64,000 nucleotides of DNA from Trueperaceae bacterium (GCA_965213925.1 OZ243927.1:1664001-1728000); one strand, 5' to 3'; numbered from the stretch's first letter, positions 1-10,157 are shown. Notes: generated by a model from the sequence alone, not told the origin. Made by a program: numbers and translations.

Positions 1-1396
1 CTTCGTAGAATCTCAGAGCCTCGTCTCTTTAGACGACTTCGAGAACCGCGAAAAGCTCTTCGTGGGCGTTGACAGCCGCATGAAGTTCTGCCTCCTGGTC
101 CTCACCGCCCCCGGTTCTGGTCCCGAAGAGGCGCAGTTCAGCTTTTTCAACACCAACGTGAAGCACCTCAGCGACCTGAGTCGCCACTTTACCCTCTCCG
201 CCGAAGACTTTAAGCGCATCAATCCCAACACGCTAACCTGCCCGACCTTTCGAACTGGCAGAGACGCCGAGATTACGCTGAAGATGTACAAGCGAGCGGG
301 CGTGTTTATAGACGAGAACGATGAGGAGAACGGCAACCCCTGGGGCGCGTCATTTATGCAAATGTTCAACATGACGAGCGACTCGAGCCTCTTCCGCACC
401 AGGGAGGAACTCGAGGCTGAGGGGCTTACGCTGACAGGCAACAGGTTTGTTCGAGGTGAAGAGGTCTATCTGCCGCTCTACGAAGGCAAGATGGCTCACA
501 TCTATGACCATCACTTTGCCTTTTTCGATTCTTATGAAGGTGAGTACCAGTCTTACGATGAGAAGAATGCTACCGCACCTCTCACCACGCAATTTTACGT
601 CCATCACAACGAGGTAAAAGAGCGTGTATCTCGTCGTAAGTGGGAGCGAAAGTGGTTCTTCGGGGTACGGAGAGTAACGCGCAGTAATGACACCAGAACT
701 GTTATCGGTTCGTTTGTTCCGTATTGTGCAATTACATATGGTCTTTACGTACTTTTTTCGCCCGTATCGTTATTGAACTACATTGCTCTCGTAGCTAACT
801 TAAACTCTATAACATTCGACTACCACGCTCGTAATGCACTTAGTCAGCCTTCGCTAACTTACGGTGTGCTGTATCAGCTACCTAATGTCAAAATTACCAA
901 GTATTCCAAAGAAAACCTCCACTTCATCCTCCCCCGCGTGCTCGAACTCACCTACACCGCCTGGGACATCAAGCCCTTCGCCGACGACCTCTGGCGCGAA
1001 GCGGGCGAGGAGGTGCGGGGACTGTTTCGGGAGGCGTGGCGGGCGAACGCGGCGGCGTCGGGTGGAGGTCATGCGACCCAGCCGCCAGCGTGGGCAGAGG
1101 TTGACGCGGAAGTTGATGCGGCGGGCTGCCCGTTAGCGCCTTTTACCTGGAACGAGGCGAGACGCGCCGAGTTGCGCTCAGAGCTGGACGCGCTTTACGC
1201 GCACCTGTATGGGCTGACACGCGAGGAGCTGGCGTGGATTTTGGACCCGCGCGACATCGACCCGGCAACGCCGTCGGTGTCCTTTCCGGGCTTGCGGCGG
1301 AGCGAGGAGAAGCGGTACGGGGAGTACCGGACGAAGCGGCTGGTGCTTGAGTATTTCGATAGGTTGGCGGAGGCTCGAGAGGGCGTAGAGGTATAA
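1..1396 (+). CDS. C-terminal part of a type IIG/Eco57I-like N6-adenine DNA methyltransferase (DrmMI-like), 5'-truncated by the window edge
   Basis: Frame is open from the window start. Motifs typical of Eco57I-type MTase tails: INPNTLTCPTFR, YLPLYEGKM, RRVTRSNDTRT, NLNSITFDYHAR, RVLELTYT, RAELRSELDALYAHLYGL, GEYRTKRLVL. The catalytic NPPY motif would lie upstream of the window. Confidence 0.85.
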   Translation, partial: FVESQSLVSLDDFENREKLFVGVDSRMKFCLLVLTAPGSGPEEAQFSFFNTNVKHLSDLSRHFTLSAEDFKRINPNTLTCPTFRTGRDAEITLKMYKRAGVFIDENDEENGNPWGASFMQMFNMTSDSSLFRTREELEAEGLTLTGNRFVRGEEVYLPLYEGKMAHIYDHHFAFFDSYEGEYQSYDEKNATAPLTTQFYVHHNEVKERVSRRKWERKWFFGVRRVTRSNDTRTVIGSFVPYCAITYGLYVLFSPVSLLNYIALVANLNSITFDYHARNALSQPSLTYGVLYQLPNVKITKYSKENLHFILPRVLELTYTAWDIKPFADDLWREAGEEVRGLFREAWRANAAASGGGHATQPPAWAEVDAEVDAAGCPLAPFTWNEARRAELRSELDALYAHLYGLTREELAWILDPRDIDPATPSVSFPGLRRSEEKRYGEYRTKRLVLEYFDRLAEAREGVEV

Positions 1397-1476
1397 GCTG
1401 CGGAGCGCGGCTATCCCTAAATTCGCCCTTGATAGAGGCTATAATGGACCAAACGAAGCAAATAAGGAGTCGTGCT

Positions 1477-1644
1477 ATGCCTAAGCGCCCATTAAAACGA
1501 GCGAGTGACCTGACTCGAGAGTTCCTCAAAGACCCCGAGTACGCCGCGCTGTACCGCGAAGCGAATGAGGAGGACGAGGCGGCGCGGCGGGCTGTGTGTG
1601 AGGCTCGAGTGTCCGCTGCATCTGAGACGGAGGACGAGCAGTAG
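1477..1644 (+). pseudogene. Truncated XRE/HigA-type antitoxin-like gene (N-terminal helix only)
   Basis: TATAAT at 1440, AGGAG RBS at about 1465, ATG at 1477. EFLKDPEYAALYREANEE...EAR resembles antitoxin N-termini but stops before an HTH. Confidence 0.45.
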
Positions 1645-1835
1645 ACGCGCTGATCAGATGCGAAATACCTCACTTCTGTGACCTTCTTCTGATGAAGTGC
1701 GTTAGGCTTGACAGAGGTATACAACATGGTTTCTTTATCTATTTCTGAACTCAGACTGGCGCAGCCTGACGTGCGAACGCTAAGCGCGAACCGAGGTGGG
1801 TGTCCGTCAGTATGTCTTACTTGTGAGGGGTTATC

Positions 1836-4800
1836 TTGGTCCGTATAAGGCTTAGTGAGGTTGACTGGAAGACGCCTGCGCACTTTTTTAGCGCCATCCT
1901 CCCCAAACTCGTCACGGGCGACGCGGGTTTGGACTTTACGGGCGTCGAAGCGGTGAAGCGCCCGGAGGTCGAGCCCCTGCTCAATAACCTCGCGGCGATG
2001 GGTTGGTCCGAGGGCGAGCTTCGTGAGCGTCTCGGCGTCGAGACCATGAACCAGAATGTGCAACACGTCATCTTGCCGCTGTTTGGGCTCCAACCGCCCG
2101 AGCGCGAAGCGCCCCCGGAATTCACGAACAACCCGTTCAGCCAGCTCAGCGAGATTCAGCGCACCTACAAGTCTTATGTGGACACGTTCGTCAACATCAA
2201 GAACGAGCACGTTCGCGCCTGGGTCGAGGACAGGGTCCAGCGCGACAACCTCCTCTGGAACGAACCTTTTCTGGAGATACGGCGACGCTTTAGGGCTGGA
2301 CCTGCCCTGGAGGAGTTTATCGGCAAGGGTTGGCTTCCGGCGTCAGCCCGCCCTATCTTCCGCGTCAGCGCCGAGGACAGAGACGACACTCGCCCTATCC
2401 GCCCGCACTACCACCAGGCGAAGGCGTTAGAACTCGCCCACGAGGGCAAGAGCTTTGTCGTGGCGACGGGCACGGGCTCGGGGAAGTCGTTCGCGTTCGG
2501 GCTGCCCGTCATCGCCGACGCCTTGCGCAACCGGGAGAAGCCCGGCATCAAAGCCCTCATCCTCTACCCGATGAACGCCCTGGCGAACTCTCAATACGCG
2601 GACTTCGCGCAGCGGCTCCACGGCAGCGGGCTCAAGGTCGCGCTCTATAACGGCGACACGCCCTATACGAAAGAGGAGGGCGAGCAGTTCAGAAGCCGGG
2701 TGGAGGCGGCGAATCTGCGCTTTATCAGCGACGCGGAGTTGTGGAGCCGCGAGGAGATTCGCCAGACGCTGCCCGACATCCTCATGACGAACTACGCGCA
2801 GTTAGAGTTGCTGCTGACTCGCGGGGAGGACCGGCAGCTCTTCCCGGAAACGCACCGGGGTGCCCTGCGCTACCTGGTGCTCGACGAGGTGCACACCTAC
2901 GCGGGCAAGCGCGGCGCGGAGGTTGCGTGTCTCATTCGCCGCCTCAAACAGCACACGGGCACCACCCGCAGCCTCCAGATGATCGGCACCTCCGCCACGG
3001 TAGAGTCTGATCAAGGGGAGTCCGGCGAGGGGGAGAGCGCCGAGGACGCTATCACCCGCTTTGCCGAGACCCTCTTCGGGCAGAGCGTACAGGGCGTCAT
3101 CTCCGAAACGTATGTCGAAGGGGGCGACACTGCCGACACCCTTTTGCCTGCCGATATCGGGGTCTCGCCGAGCGACATCAGCGCGTTTGACGGGCAGGAC
3201 GAGACGGTCTTCGCCCTCGCTGAAGCTGTGCTAGAGCGTTCGCTCACCCCTTCCGAGAGATCGCCTCAAGCGATTGGGGCGCTGTTTAGAGACTACGCGC
3301 CGCTGCACTTTCTCGAGGCGGCGCTCTACGAGAAACCGCAGCCCATGAGCGCCCTCGTGGAGGGGTACAAGCAGCGTTACCGACCTGAGCACACGCTAGA
3401 GCAAGTCGAGACGGAGCTGCGTGCCGCGCTCTTTCTAGGGCAGTACGGCGAGTTAGAGCGCGAGGGCGTCTTCGAACCCCGCATCGTCCTCAAACTCCAC
3501 AACTTCTACTCACAAGGTCTCGGCGTAAGCGGTACGCTCACCCACCCGCCCGCGCTGTCCATCCGCGGGGAGGCGCAGCTCAAGACCGAGGACGGCTTTA
3601 GCGCCCCCGCCTTCCCGATGGTCTTTTGCCGCGTGTGCGGACAGGAATACTACATCGCCGACCTCAAACACGCCGCGTTGCAGCCGTCAGCGACGATTTA
3701 CGAGCACACCGAAGACACCTTCTACCTGCGCCCCGGTGCCTGGAGCCCGGACGCCGAACCCCTCCCGGATGCGTGGCTGACCGACAAGCTCGGCAAGGTG
3801 CAGGCTCAGTTCGAATCTCACGTGCCCCGAAACTTCCGGGTTGACCCTCTCCACGCGGAGGTCGGCGAGGGCGAGCCGTTCGCGTTCGTCAAAGCGCCTT
3901 TTCTGTTCTGCCCCACCTGCCAGACCAGCTACGACAGACGACGCAGCGAAATCGGCAAGCTCATCCCTTATGGCATGGTCGGGCGCTCGACGGCTACCGA
4001 CATCCTTATCGCCCGGACGCTCGACGTGCTGCCCAAAGACCAACGTAAGGTGATCGGCTTCGTCGATAATCGCCAAGACACCGAGTTTCAGGCGGCTCAC
4101 TTCCGGGACCTCGCCCGCAAGCTCGTCTACCGGCAGACCGTCGTGGACATCCTTAAACACGAGCCCGACCAGCGCACCGAGCTTGACAGCTTGGGTACCG
4201 CTGTGTGGAAAGCCTGGAAGAACGAGGACCACCGGAAGGTCGCCGACACGCTCTACGACGCCAGCAGCAAAGTCGGGCAGGCGTTTCAGGGTCTCCTTCA
4301 AGGGTTTGGGGTCAGCGACGCGAGCCGCAGCCAACAGCCCAACATCCTCAATTTGGAGGAAGCTGGGGTCGTCCGCTACGACTACCGATTTCTGGATGAG
4401 GTTCTAAACCACGACACCTTCTGGCGCGGTCTTGAGGGCAGCGAAGAGGTACGCCACGACTTCTTGCGCGGCTTTCTCGACCTCATGCGCCGCCGAGACG
4501 GGACCTTCGAGAAGTCGATCTTTAGAAATGACGTCTACATCTTCGACATCCAGCAGCCCCTCGACGATAACGTGCGCGGGGAGCGCTTCTGGGAGCCCAC
4601 CTACCCTACGCTCTTCACCTTGAAGTCCGGTCAACCTAATCCTAAGTTCGCGAAGACCTCGGCGCTCACCGGCTCGTCTCGGCGCACGAAGTTCGAGGCG
4701 TGGTTCATGAGCGTGTTCGACCTTGAACGCGACGCTGTTCGGGGCAAGATAGAGACGCTCGTGCAGCTTCTCAAAGACGCGAATATCCTCCATTTAGAGA

Positions 4801-7652
4801 ACCTACCGGGTTACCGCAGAACGTTTACACCAGGCTTTTTGATCAATCCGAACGCCGTCGAGGTCGTGCTCACCGAACAAGACGAAGTCAGGGTGTGCCC
4901 TCGCAGCCGCATGGTCAGCCACAACAAGGTGCTCAACCGCTCGCCAGAATTCCCCAACCTCGACCTGCAAAAGCGAACCACCCACTCGTATTTCAACCAG
5001 CAGTACCGCGACGTCATGCGGCTCGACCTGAGCGACGCGGAGGCGCATAGCGGTCAGGTTGATGGGGACGAGCGGCGCGAGATCGAGACGCGCTTTCGGA
5101 GCGACGACGATAAGCTCAACGTCCTCATCGCCACCCCGACGATGGAGATGGGCATCGATATCGGCTCGCTGTCCGCCGTGTATATGCGCAACGTTCCCCC
5201 GAACCCGGCGAACTACGCGCAGCGCTCCGGGCGTGCGGGTCGCAAGGGTCAGTCGGCGCTCGTCCAGGTTTTCTGCGGCGGTGGGGCGGCTAGAGGACCA
5301 CACGACCAGTACTTTTACCGCTACCCCGAGCGCATGATCAGCGGGCGGGTCTCCGCGCCCAGGTTCCTATTGGACAACGAGCGGCTCATCGCCTCACACA
5401 TCCACGCGCTCATCTTAGAGGTGCTCACCCAGCGCAACCAGCTCGAACTCCCTAAAACCGTACCCGACCTCGTCTCTACCGAAAACCCGACGGGCGTCTA
5501 CACGATGTACGCCGATCTCAAGCAGCGTTTCGAAAGTGGCTTAGCGAAGCACCGAGCCGCTATCATTCAAGCGGTACAAGACGCCTTCTCGAGCGAAATA
5601 GACCGCTTCGGCTGGCTCGACGCGGTCTTTATCGAGACCACCGTGGATCACTTCGTCCAAAACCTCGACGGCGTTTTGGACGAGTGGCGCGACGAGTATA
5701 GGCTCGCCAAAGGCGACTACGATTCGCTGACCATGCGGCTCAAGCATCTGCCTGACAGCCACCGGGACTATCAGGAGATCAGGCGCGAGCACGGGCACGC
5801 CTTTAGCCATGTTCAGTTTCTTAGAGGCGAGGGTAAAAGCAGCCTCGACCTGAGGCGCTACTTGGGCGGTCAGGGGTTCTTGCCTAACTACGCCTTCCCC
5901 CGCCGCGCCGCCCGCGTCGAATTTCGCACCGAGACATTCGACCAGCTCGAACGCCCGCCGCTCCTCGCCCTGCGCGAGATCGCGCCCGGCAATAGCCTCT
6001 ACTACAAGCGGCAGCACTTTCTGGTGTCTAGGGCGTCGATCCCTCAGTCCGGCTTCGACGACCGCCAGGCGAAACGCTGCCCTAGCTGCAAGCGTGTCAC
6101 CCTCCTCCAGGAGGACGCGCAACTCAACCTCTGTCCAGCCTGCGGTCAAGACCTCTCGAATGTCGCCGCCGCGATTGAGGCGGTTCGCTTGCCCGTCATG
6201 CAGGCTGAACCGCGCGCCCGCATCACATCCGACGCAGAGGAGCGTCAGCGGCGCGGCTTCCAGATCAGCTCCGACTACCGCCCCCGCCGCACGACGCGCC
6301 ACCAGGCGGACTTGGGCGGCGACACCTTGACCCTGAGCTACGAACATAACGGCGTCATCACCACGGTCAACGCCGGACCCAGAACGCTGCTTGGTGACGA
6401 GCAGCTCCTCGACGGCTTCGCCTTCTGCCCGCGCTGCAAGCGTTGGCTGTTTAGCGACGAAGCGATCCAGGAACACGTGCAAGAGAGCGGCGGAAAATGT
6501 CCTCAAAACGCGACCGCTGAGGACGTTAAGCGGAACCTCACCCTGTTCGTTGAGCAGCAGAGCGACGTTATCGCCGCCGATGTTCCCTATCCTGTCGACC
6601 TCCACCCTTCGAACGTGGATGCGTTTTACACCTCCCTCCTCTGGGCATTGCAGCGCGGCGCTCTCCTCACGCTGGAGCTTGAAGACGACGAGCTTTCGGG
6701 CTTCCTTCTCAGGCAAAACGACGAGCGCACCCCCTACCGCCTCGTGCTTCACGAGACCTCCGAGGGGGGGTTAGGCGCACTGTCCTCGCTCACCGACCCG
6801 CTGGCGTTTCGGGCGCTCGTCACCCGCACGCTGGAACTCCTCCATGACGCTGACGCTGCTGGCTGCGAACGGGCGTGCTACGAATGCCTCCTCTCCTACG
6901 AAAACCAGTACGAACACCACCACTTAGACCGCAACCTCGTGCTGCCCACTCTCCGGGCGGCGCGGGGGCTCGAGTGGCGTAAGGTTACCAGCGACGATCA
7001 TCTTCAGCACCTTAAAGAGCGCTGCCAGTCGAGCTTAGAGCGGCGCTTCTTAGACGAACTAAGCGAGCGCGGTATCCGCCTACCCGACCGAGCCCAGTCC
7101 CCTTTCGAGGTCATGCCGGGCGTCAATACCGTCGCGGACTTTTACTACCGCCCGGACCTCTATATCTACGTCGACGGACCCCACCACGACACGGACACCC
7201 AGCGAAAAAAGGACGCAGAAATCCGCGACGCGATGCTCATGTTCGGACTGGAACCCTTTGTGATTCGCCACGACGATGTTTGGAATGACAAACTCGAGAC
7301 GCTTCGCAACCGGCTGAGCAACGCCTCGGTTGCCCAGACGCCCCCCTCCGACTGGCGCGACATCATCGACCTTATTGGAGACATGGATGAGCGCTGGGCG
7401 AAACTCGTTGCAGATTTAAGCGAAAAAGGTCTTCCGAAACCCCACATCGACGATGTCTATAGAGACTTGAGCGCCGATGGTCAAACCACGGGCTACAGCG
7501 CACTCGCCATTTGGCGGAAGAACGGACGCGCCCTCGCTCTGGTAGACCAAGATACGCCGGACGCAGACTATAGCCTTTCTCTCCTGCGGGCTACTCCTGA
7601 AAGCCCACCTGACGACATCGCAAAGGCGATTGAGGAGTACCTGAACACGTGA
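1836..7652 (+). CDS. Large SF2 DEAD/DEAH helicase with DUF1998 and C-terminal DUF559/Vsr-like nuclease (fused DrmA/DrmB-like or DruE-like)
   Basis: GTGSGKS, YPMNALANSQ, DEVH, SAT, ATPTMEMGIDIG, YAQRSGRAGR; several CxxC pairs; DUF1998-type CERACYECLLSYENQ; ADFYY...YVDGPHHD nuclease motif; GAGGGG RBS before the TTG start. Confidence 0.9.
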   Translation: MVRIRLSEVDWKTPAHFFSAILPKLVTGDAGLDFTGVEAVKRPEVEPLLNNLAAMGWSEGELRERLGVETMNQNVQHVILPLFGLQPPEREAPPEFTNNPFSQLSEIQRTYKSYVDTFVNIKNEHVRAWVEDRVQRDNLLWNEPFLEIRRRFRAGPALEEFIGKGWLPASARPIFRVSAEDRDDTRPIRPHYHQAKALELAHEGKSFVVATGTGSGKSFAFGLPVIADALRNREKPGIKALILYPMNALANSQYADFAQRLHGSGLKVALYNGDTPYTKEEGEQFRSRVEAANLRFISDAELWSREEIRQTLPDILMTNYAQLELLLTRGEDRQLFPETHRGALRYLVLDEVHTYAGKRGAEVACLIRRLKQHTGTTRSLQMIGTSATVESDQGESGEGESAEDAITRFAETLFGQSVQGVISETYVEGGDTADTLLPADIGVSPSDISAFDGQDETVFALAEAVLERSLTPSERSPQAIGALFRDYAPLHFLEAALYEKPQPMSALVEGYKQRYRPEHTLEQVETELRAALFLGQYGELEREGVFEPRIVLKLHNFYSQGLGVSGTLTHPPALSIRGEAQLKTEDGFSAPAFPMVFCRVCGQEYYIADLKHAALQPSATIYEHTEDTFYLRPGAWSPDAEPLPDAWLTDKLGKVQAQFESHVPRNFRVDPLHAEVGEGEPFAFVKAPFLFCPTCQTSYDRRRSEIGKLIPYGMVGRSTATDILIARTLDVLPKDQRKVIGFVDNRQDTEFQAAHFRDLARKLVYRQTVVDILKHEPDQRTELDSLGTAVWKAWKNEDHRKVADTLYDASSKVGQAFQGLLQGFGVSDASRSQQPNILNLEEAGVVRYDYRFLDEVLNHDTFWRGLEGSEEVRHDFLRGFLDLMRRRDGTFEKSIFRNDVYIFDIQQPLDDNVRGERFWEPTYPTLFTLKSGQPNPKFAKTSALTGSSRRTKFEAWFMSVFDLERDAVRGKIETLVQLLKDANILHLENLPGYRRTFTPGFLINPNAVEVVLTEQDEVRVCPRSRMVSHNKVLNRSPEFPNLDLQKRTTHSYFNQQYRDVMRLDLSDAEAHSGQVDGDERREIETRFRSDDDKLNVLIATPTMEMGIDIGSLSAVYMRNVPPNPANYAQRSGRAGRKGQSALVQVFCGGGAARGPHDQYFYRYPERMISGRVSAPRFLLDNERLIASHIHALILEVLTQRNQLELPKTVPDLVSTENPTGVYTMYADLKQRFESGLAKHRAAIIQAVQDAFSSEIDRFGWLDAVFIETTVDHFVQNLDGVLDEWRDEYRLAKGDYDSLTMRLKHLPDSHRDYQEIRREHGHAFSHVQFLRGEGKSSLDLRRYLGGQGFLPNYAFPRRAARVEFRTETFDQLERPPLLALREIAPGNSLYYKRQHFLVSRASIPQSGFDDRQAKRCPSCKRVTLLQEDAQLNLCPACGQDLSNVAAAIEAVRLPVMQAEPRARITSDAEERQRRGFQISSDYRPRRTTRHQADLGGDTLTLSYEHNGVITTVNAGPRTLLGDEQLLDGFAFCPRCKRWLFSDEAIQEHVQESGGKCPQNATAEDVKRNLTLFVEQQSDVIAADVPYPVDLHPSNVDAFYTSLLWALQRGALLTLELEDDELSGFLLRQNDERTPYRLVLHETSEGGLGALSSLTDPLAFRALVTRTLELLHDADAAGCERACYECLLSYENQYEHHHLDRNLVLPTLRAARGLEWRKVTSDDHLQHLKERCQSSLERRFLDELSERGIRLPDRAQSPFEVMPGVNTVADFYYRPDLYIYVDGPHHDTDTQRKKDAEIRDAMLMFGLEPFVIRHDDVWNDKLETLRNRLSNASVAQTPPSDWRDIIDLIGDMDERWAKLVADLSEKGLPKPHIDDVYRDLSADGQTTGYSALAIWRKNGRALALVDQDTPDADYSLSLLRATPESPPDDIAKAIEEYLNT

Positions 7653-9745
7653 GGTTCATCATCGCCAGCACCTTTACCGATAGCCTCGCTAAGCTGGACC
7701 CGCAGAGCCAGTCTTTAGTCAAACAGTCCGCCTTCGACTTCCAACTCAACCCGGAGAACCCCGGCTTCCAATTTCACCGCGTTACCAAAGCGAAAGAGAA
7801 GCTCTTCTGGTCCTTTCGCGTCAACCGCGACATCCGCATCATCCTCTACAAGAGCGCAGCAGATTTCATCCTCTGTTACACCGACCACCATGACGCCGCT
7901 TATACTTGGGCTGAGCGGCGCAAGATGGACATCCACCCCGAAACGGGCGCTGCGCAGCTCGTCGAGATTCGGGAGCGGACCGAAGAGATCGTCCAGCGCA
8001 TCTATAAGCAGGTCGAGCAGGAGCCTGCCCTTTTCGAGCGCTACGAGCCTGACTATCTTCTCGCCTTGGGTGTTCCTCACGAGTGGCTCGACGCTGTACG
8101 GTACGTCGGCGAGGGTGGCTTCTTCGAACTCATCGGTGTGCTCCCGGAAGAGGCTGGCGAGCATCTCATGCAGCTTGCTCAGGGTCATCCCGTCCCTCGA
8201 CCCGTTCTACTCCGAGAACAAGACCCCTTCACGCACCCCGACGCCAAGCGCCGCTTTAGAGTCGTAGACCAAGATCAGCGGCTTTTAGAGAGCGCCCTCG
8301 CCGCGCCGTGGGAGCAGTGGATCGTCTTCTTGCACCCGGACCAACGCACTGTAGTTGAAAACGACTATAGCGGTCCCGCACGTGTCTCTGGCGGCGCGGG
8401 CACCGGCAAGACTGTTGTGGCGCTCCACCGCGTCGCCCACCTCGCCGAACAAAACCCCGATGCTCGCATTTTACTCACCACCTTTTCCACCACGCTCGCC
8501 AAACGCCTCCAGCACAACCTCGTCCTTCTCATCGGTGAAGAGGTTCAGACCCGCGTCACGGTCTGCAACCTACATAGCCTCGCCAAAGACCTTTGGGAAG
8601 CGCACGCCCAAGTACCCTTCAAACCCCTTACAGGTGACAAGCTCGCCCAGCATCTCCAACGAGCCATGAAAACCGTCGGGCATACTGAATTCTCTATCGA
8701 CTTTCTTAGGAGCGAGTGGCACGCACTCGTCGAAGAGTCGGGCATCGGCAGTTGGAACGCTTACAAGACCGTCCCGCGTACAGGGCGCAGCGTCCCGCTC
8801 GGAGCACGCCAACGGCGTGCGGTCTGGAACGTTTTTGAGGAGGTCAAACGCGCTCTACAAGCAGACAGCCTCACCAGCTTCAGCCAACTCTGCTTCGAAG
8901 CCGCGCACCTGTTCGCGGACGCCCCGAAGCCCTTTGATCATATTGTCGCGGACGAGATTCAGGACTTCGGCACGCCAGAGCTTACCTTCCTGCGCGCCCT
9001 CGTACCTGAAGCGCCGAACGACCTCTTCCTATGCGGTGACATGGGGCAGCGCATCTACAAGCCTCGAACTTCATTCTTAGCCCAAGGGGTTGATATCCGG
9101 GGACGCTCAACTATTCTCAGGCTCAACTATAGAACCACAGAGCAGATTCGCCGCTACGTCGATACCCTCTTGCCAGGCGCAATCGCCGACGGGGACGGCG
9201 AGACAGAAGCCCGCAACGCTGTTTCCGTTCTGAGCGGTCCTGAGCCTGAAGTCGCGTTATTCAGAGACACTTTAGAGGAAGCGGACCATGTCGCCAACTG
9301 GCTTAAAGCGCTTCTAAGCGGAGGCTATGAGGCGAGAGACATCGCCGTTTTCGCCCGCACAAAGGCTGTGCTTCAGGAGCGAGCTGAGCCCGTACTCGCA
9401 CGCTGCGGTATCGAGACCTGCCACCTAACGGACGACACAGCTTCCCTAGTCGAACACGCCGCTCTCGGCACAATGCACCGCGCTAAGGGACTGGAGTTCA
9501 AGGCTGTCCTCGTGGTGGGCTGCGAAAGTGAATTGCTTCCTCTCACTTGGGTGCTCAACTCCCTAGAACCAAGCGAACAAGACAGTTTCGTAGAGCAGGA
9601 GCGTAATTTACTCTATGTTGCGTGCACACGGGCGAGAGAGCGGCTTCTCCTTACCTCCGTCGGTACGCCGTCGCGGTATCTCGCGAATGAGATGTACACG
9701 GTCTCGTCAAAAGGCGGCAAGGTTTCGGGCGGGTGGAACTCGTAG
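7649..9745 (+). CDS. UvrD/SF1 helicase with N-terminal RelE/ParE-superfamily domain (copy 1)
   Basis: N-terminal FWSFRVNRDIRII...YTDHHDAAY; GGAGTGKT, DEIQD, GDMGQRIY, NYR, HRAKGLEF, LYVACTRAR; GTGA overlap with the upstream helicase stop. Confidence 0.88.
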   Translation: MRFIIASTFTDSLAKLDPQSQSLVKQSAFDFQLNPENPGFQFHRVTKAKEKLFWSFRVNRDIRIILYKSAADFILCYTDHHDAAYTWAERRKMDIHPETGAAQLVEIRERTEEIVQRIYKQVEQEPALFERYEPDYLLALGVPHEWLDAVRYVGEGGFFELIGVLPEEAGEHLMQLAQGHPVPRPVLLREQDPFTHPDAKRRFRVVDQDQRLLESALAAPWEQWIVFLHPDQRTVVENDYSGPARVSGGAGTGKTVVALHRVAHLAEQNPDARILLTTFSTTLAKRLQHNLVLLIGEEVQTRVTVCNLHSLAKDLWEAHAQVPFKPLTGDKLAQHLQRAMKTVGHTEFSIDFLRSEWHALVEESGIGSWNAYKTVPRTGRSVPLGARQRRAVWNVFEEVKRALQADSLTSFSQLCFEAAHLFADAPKPFDHIVADEIQDFGTPELTFLRALVPEAPNDLFLCGDMGQRIYKPRTSFLAQGVDIRGRSTILRLNYRTTEQIRRYVDTLLPGAIADGDGETEARNAVSVLSGPEPEVALFRDTLEEADHVANWLKALLSGGYEARDIAVFARTKAVLQERAEPVLARCGIETCHLTDDTASLVEHAALGTMHRAKGLEFKAVLVVGCESELLPLTWVLNSLEPSEQDSFVEQERNLLYVACTRARERLLLTSVGTPSRYLANEMYTVSSKGGKVSGGWNS

Positions 9746-9821
9746 GGCCCGCCTAAAGCATCGCCGATGAGGAGACCGACCAAAACTCCGGTGAGGTGGT
9801 CGGATCATCTAATGAGAATAA

Positions 9822-9971
9822 CACCGCGAGGACATCAAGGCGGCGGTGCGCTCAGCGGTCAAGCGGGTGCTGAGACACCGCAAGGTCAAGCGGGAGGACT
9901 GGGACACGCTGGTGGTGCTTATCATGGACCAGGCGGAGGCGCTGTATAAGGACTGGCCGCAGGCGGCGTAG
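9822..9971 (+). pseudogene. 3' remnant of a type I restriction subunit R (DUF3387-like tail)
   Basis: Reads HREDIKAAVRSAVKRVLRHRKVKREDWDTLVVLIMDQAEALYKDWPQAA*; about 11 mismatches in 150 bp versus 23890-24039 (hand count). Confidence 0.75.
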
Positions 9972-10157
9972 TCGCCAAGTCCTTCACCCTTCACTAAAAT
10001 GGGTCAACCCCACCACAGAACCCGTTGGAGCCCTGCCGCTGTAAGAATTCTGTCAGTGGATGCTCTTTATGCTTGAAGCGATTGCTCGCTCATTAAGAAA
10101 ATATACAAACGGAGGTTTGGACAAGCTGAGCGGGCGTCCGAGGCACGGGAGGACTCT

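Noticed and set aside
1143..6752. Long antisense ORFs (1143-2210, 3687-4334, 5541-6752) and similar ones elsewhere
   Set aside because: They are shadows of GC-rich coding strands with no recognisable motifs.
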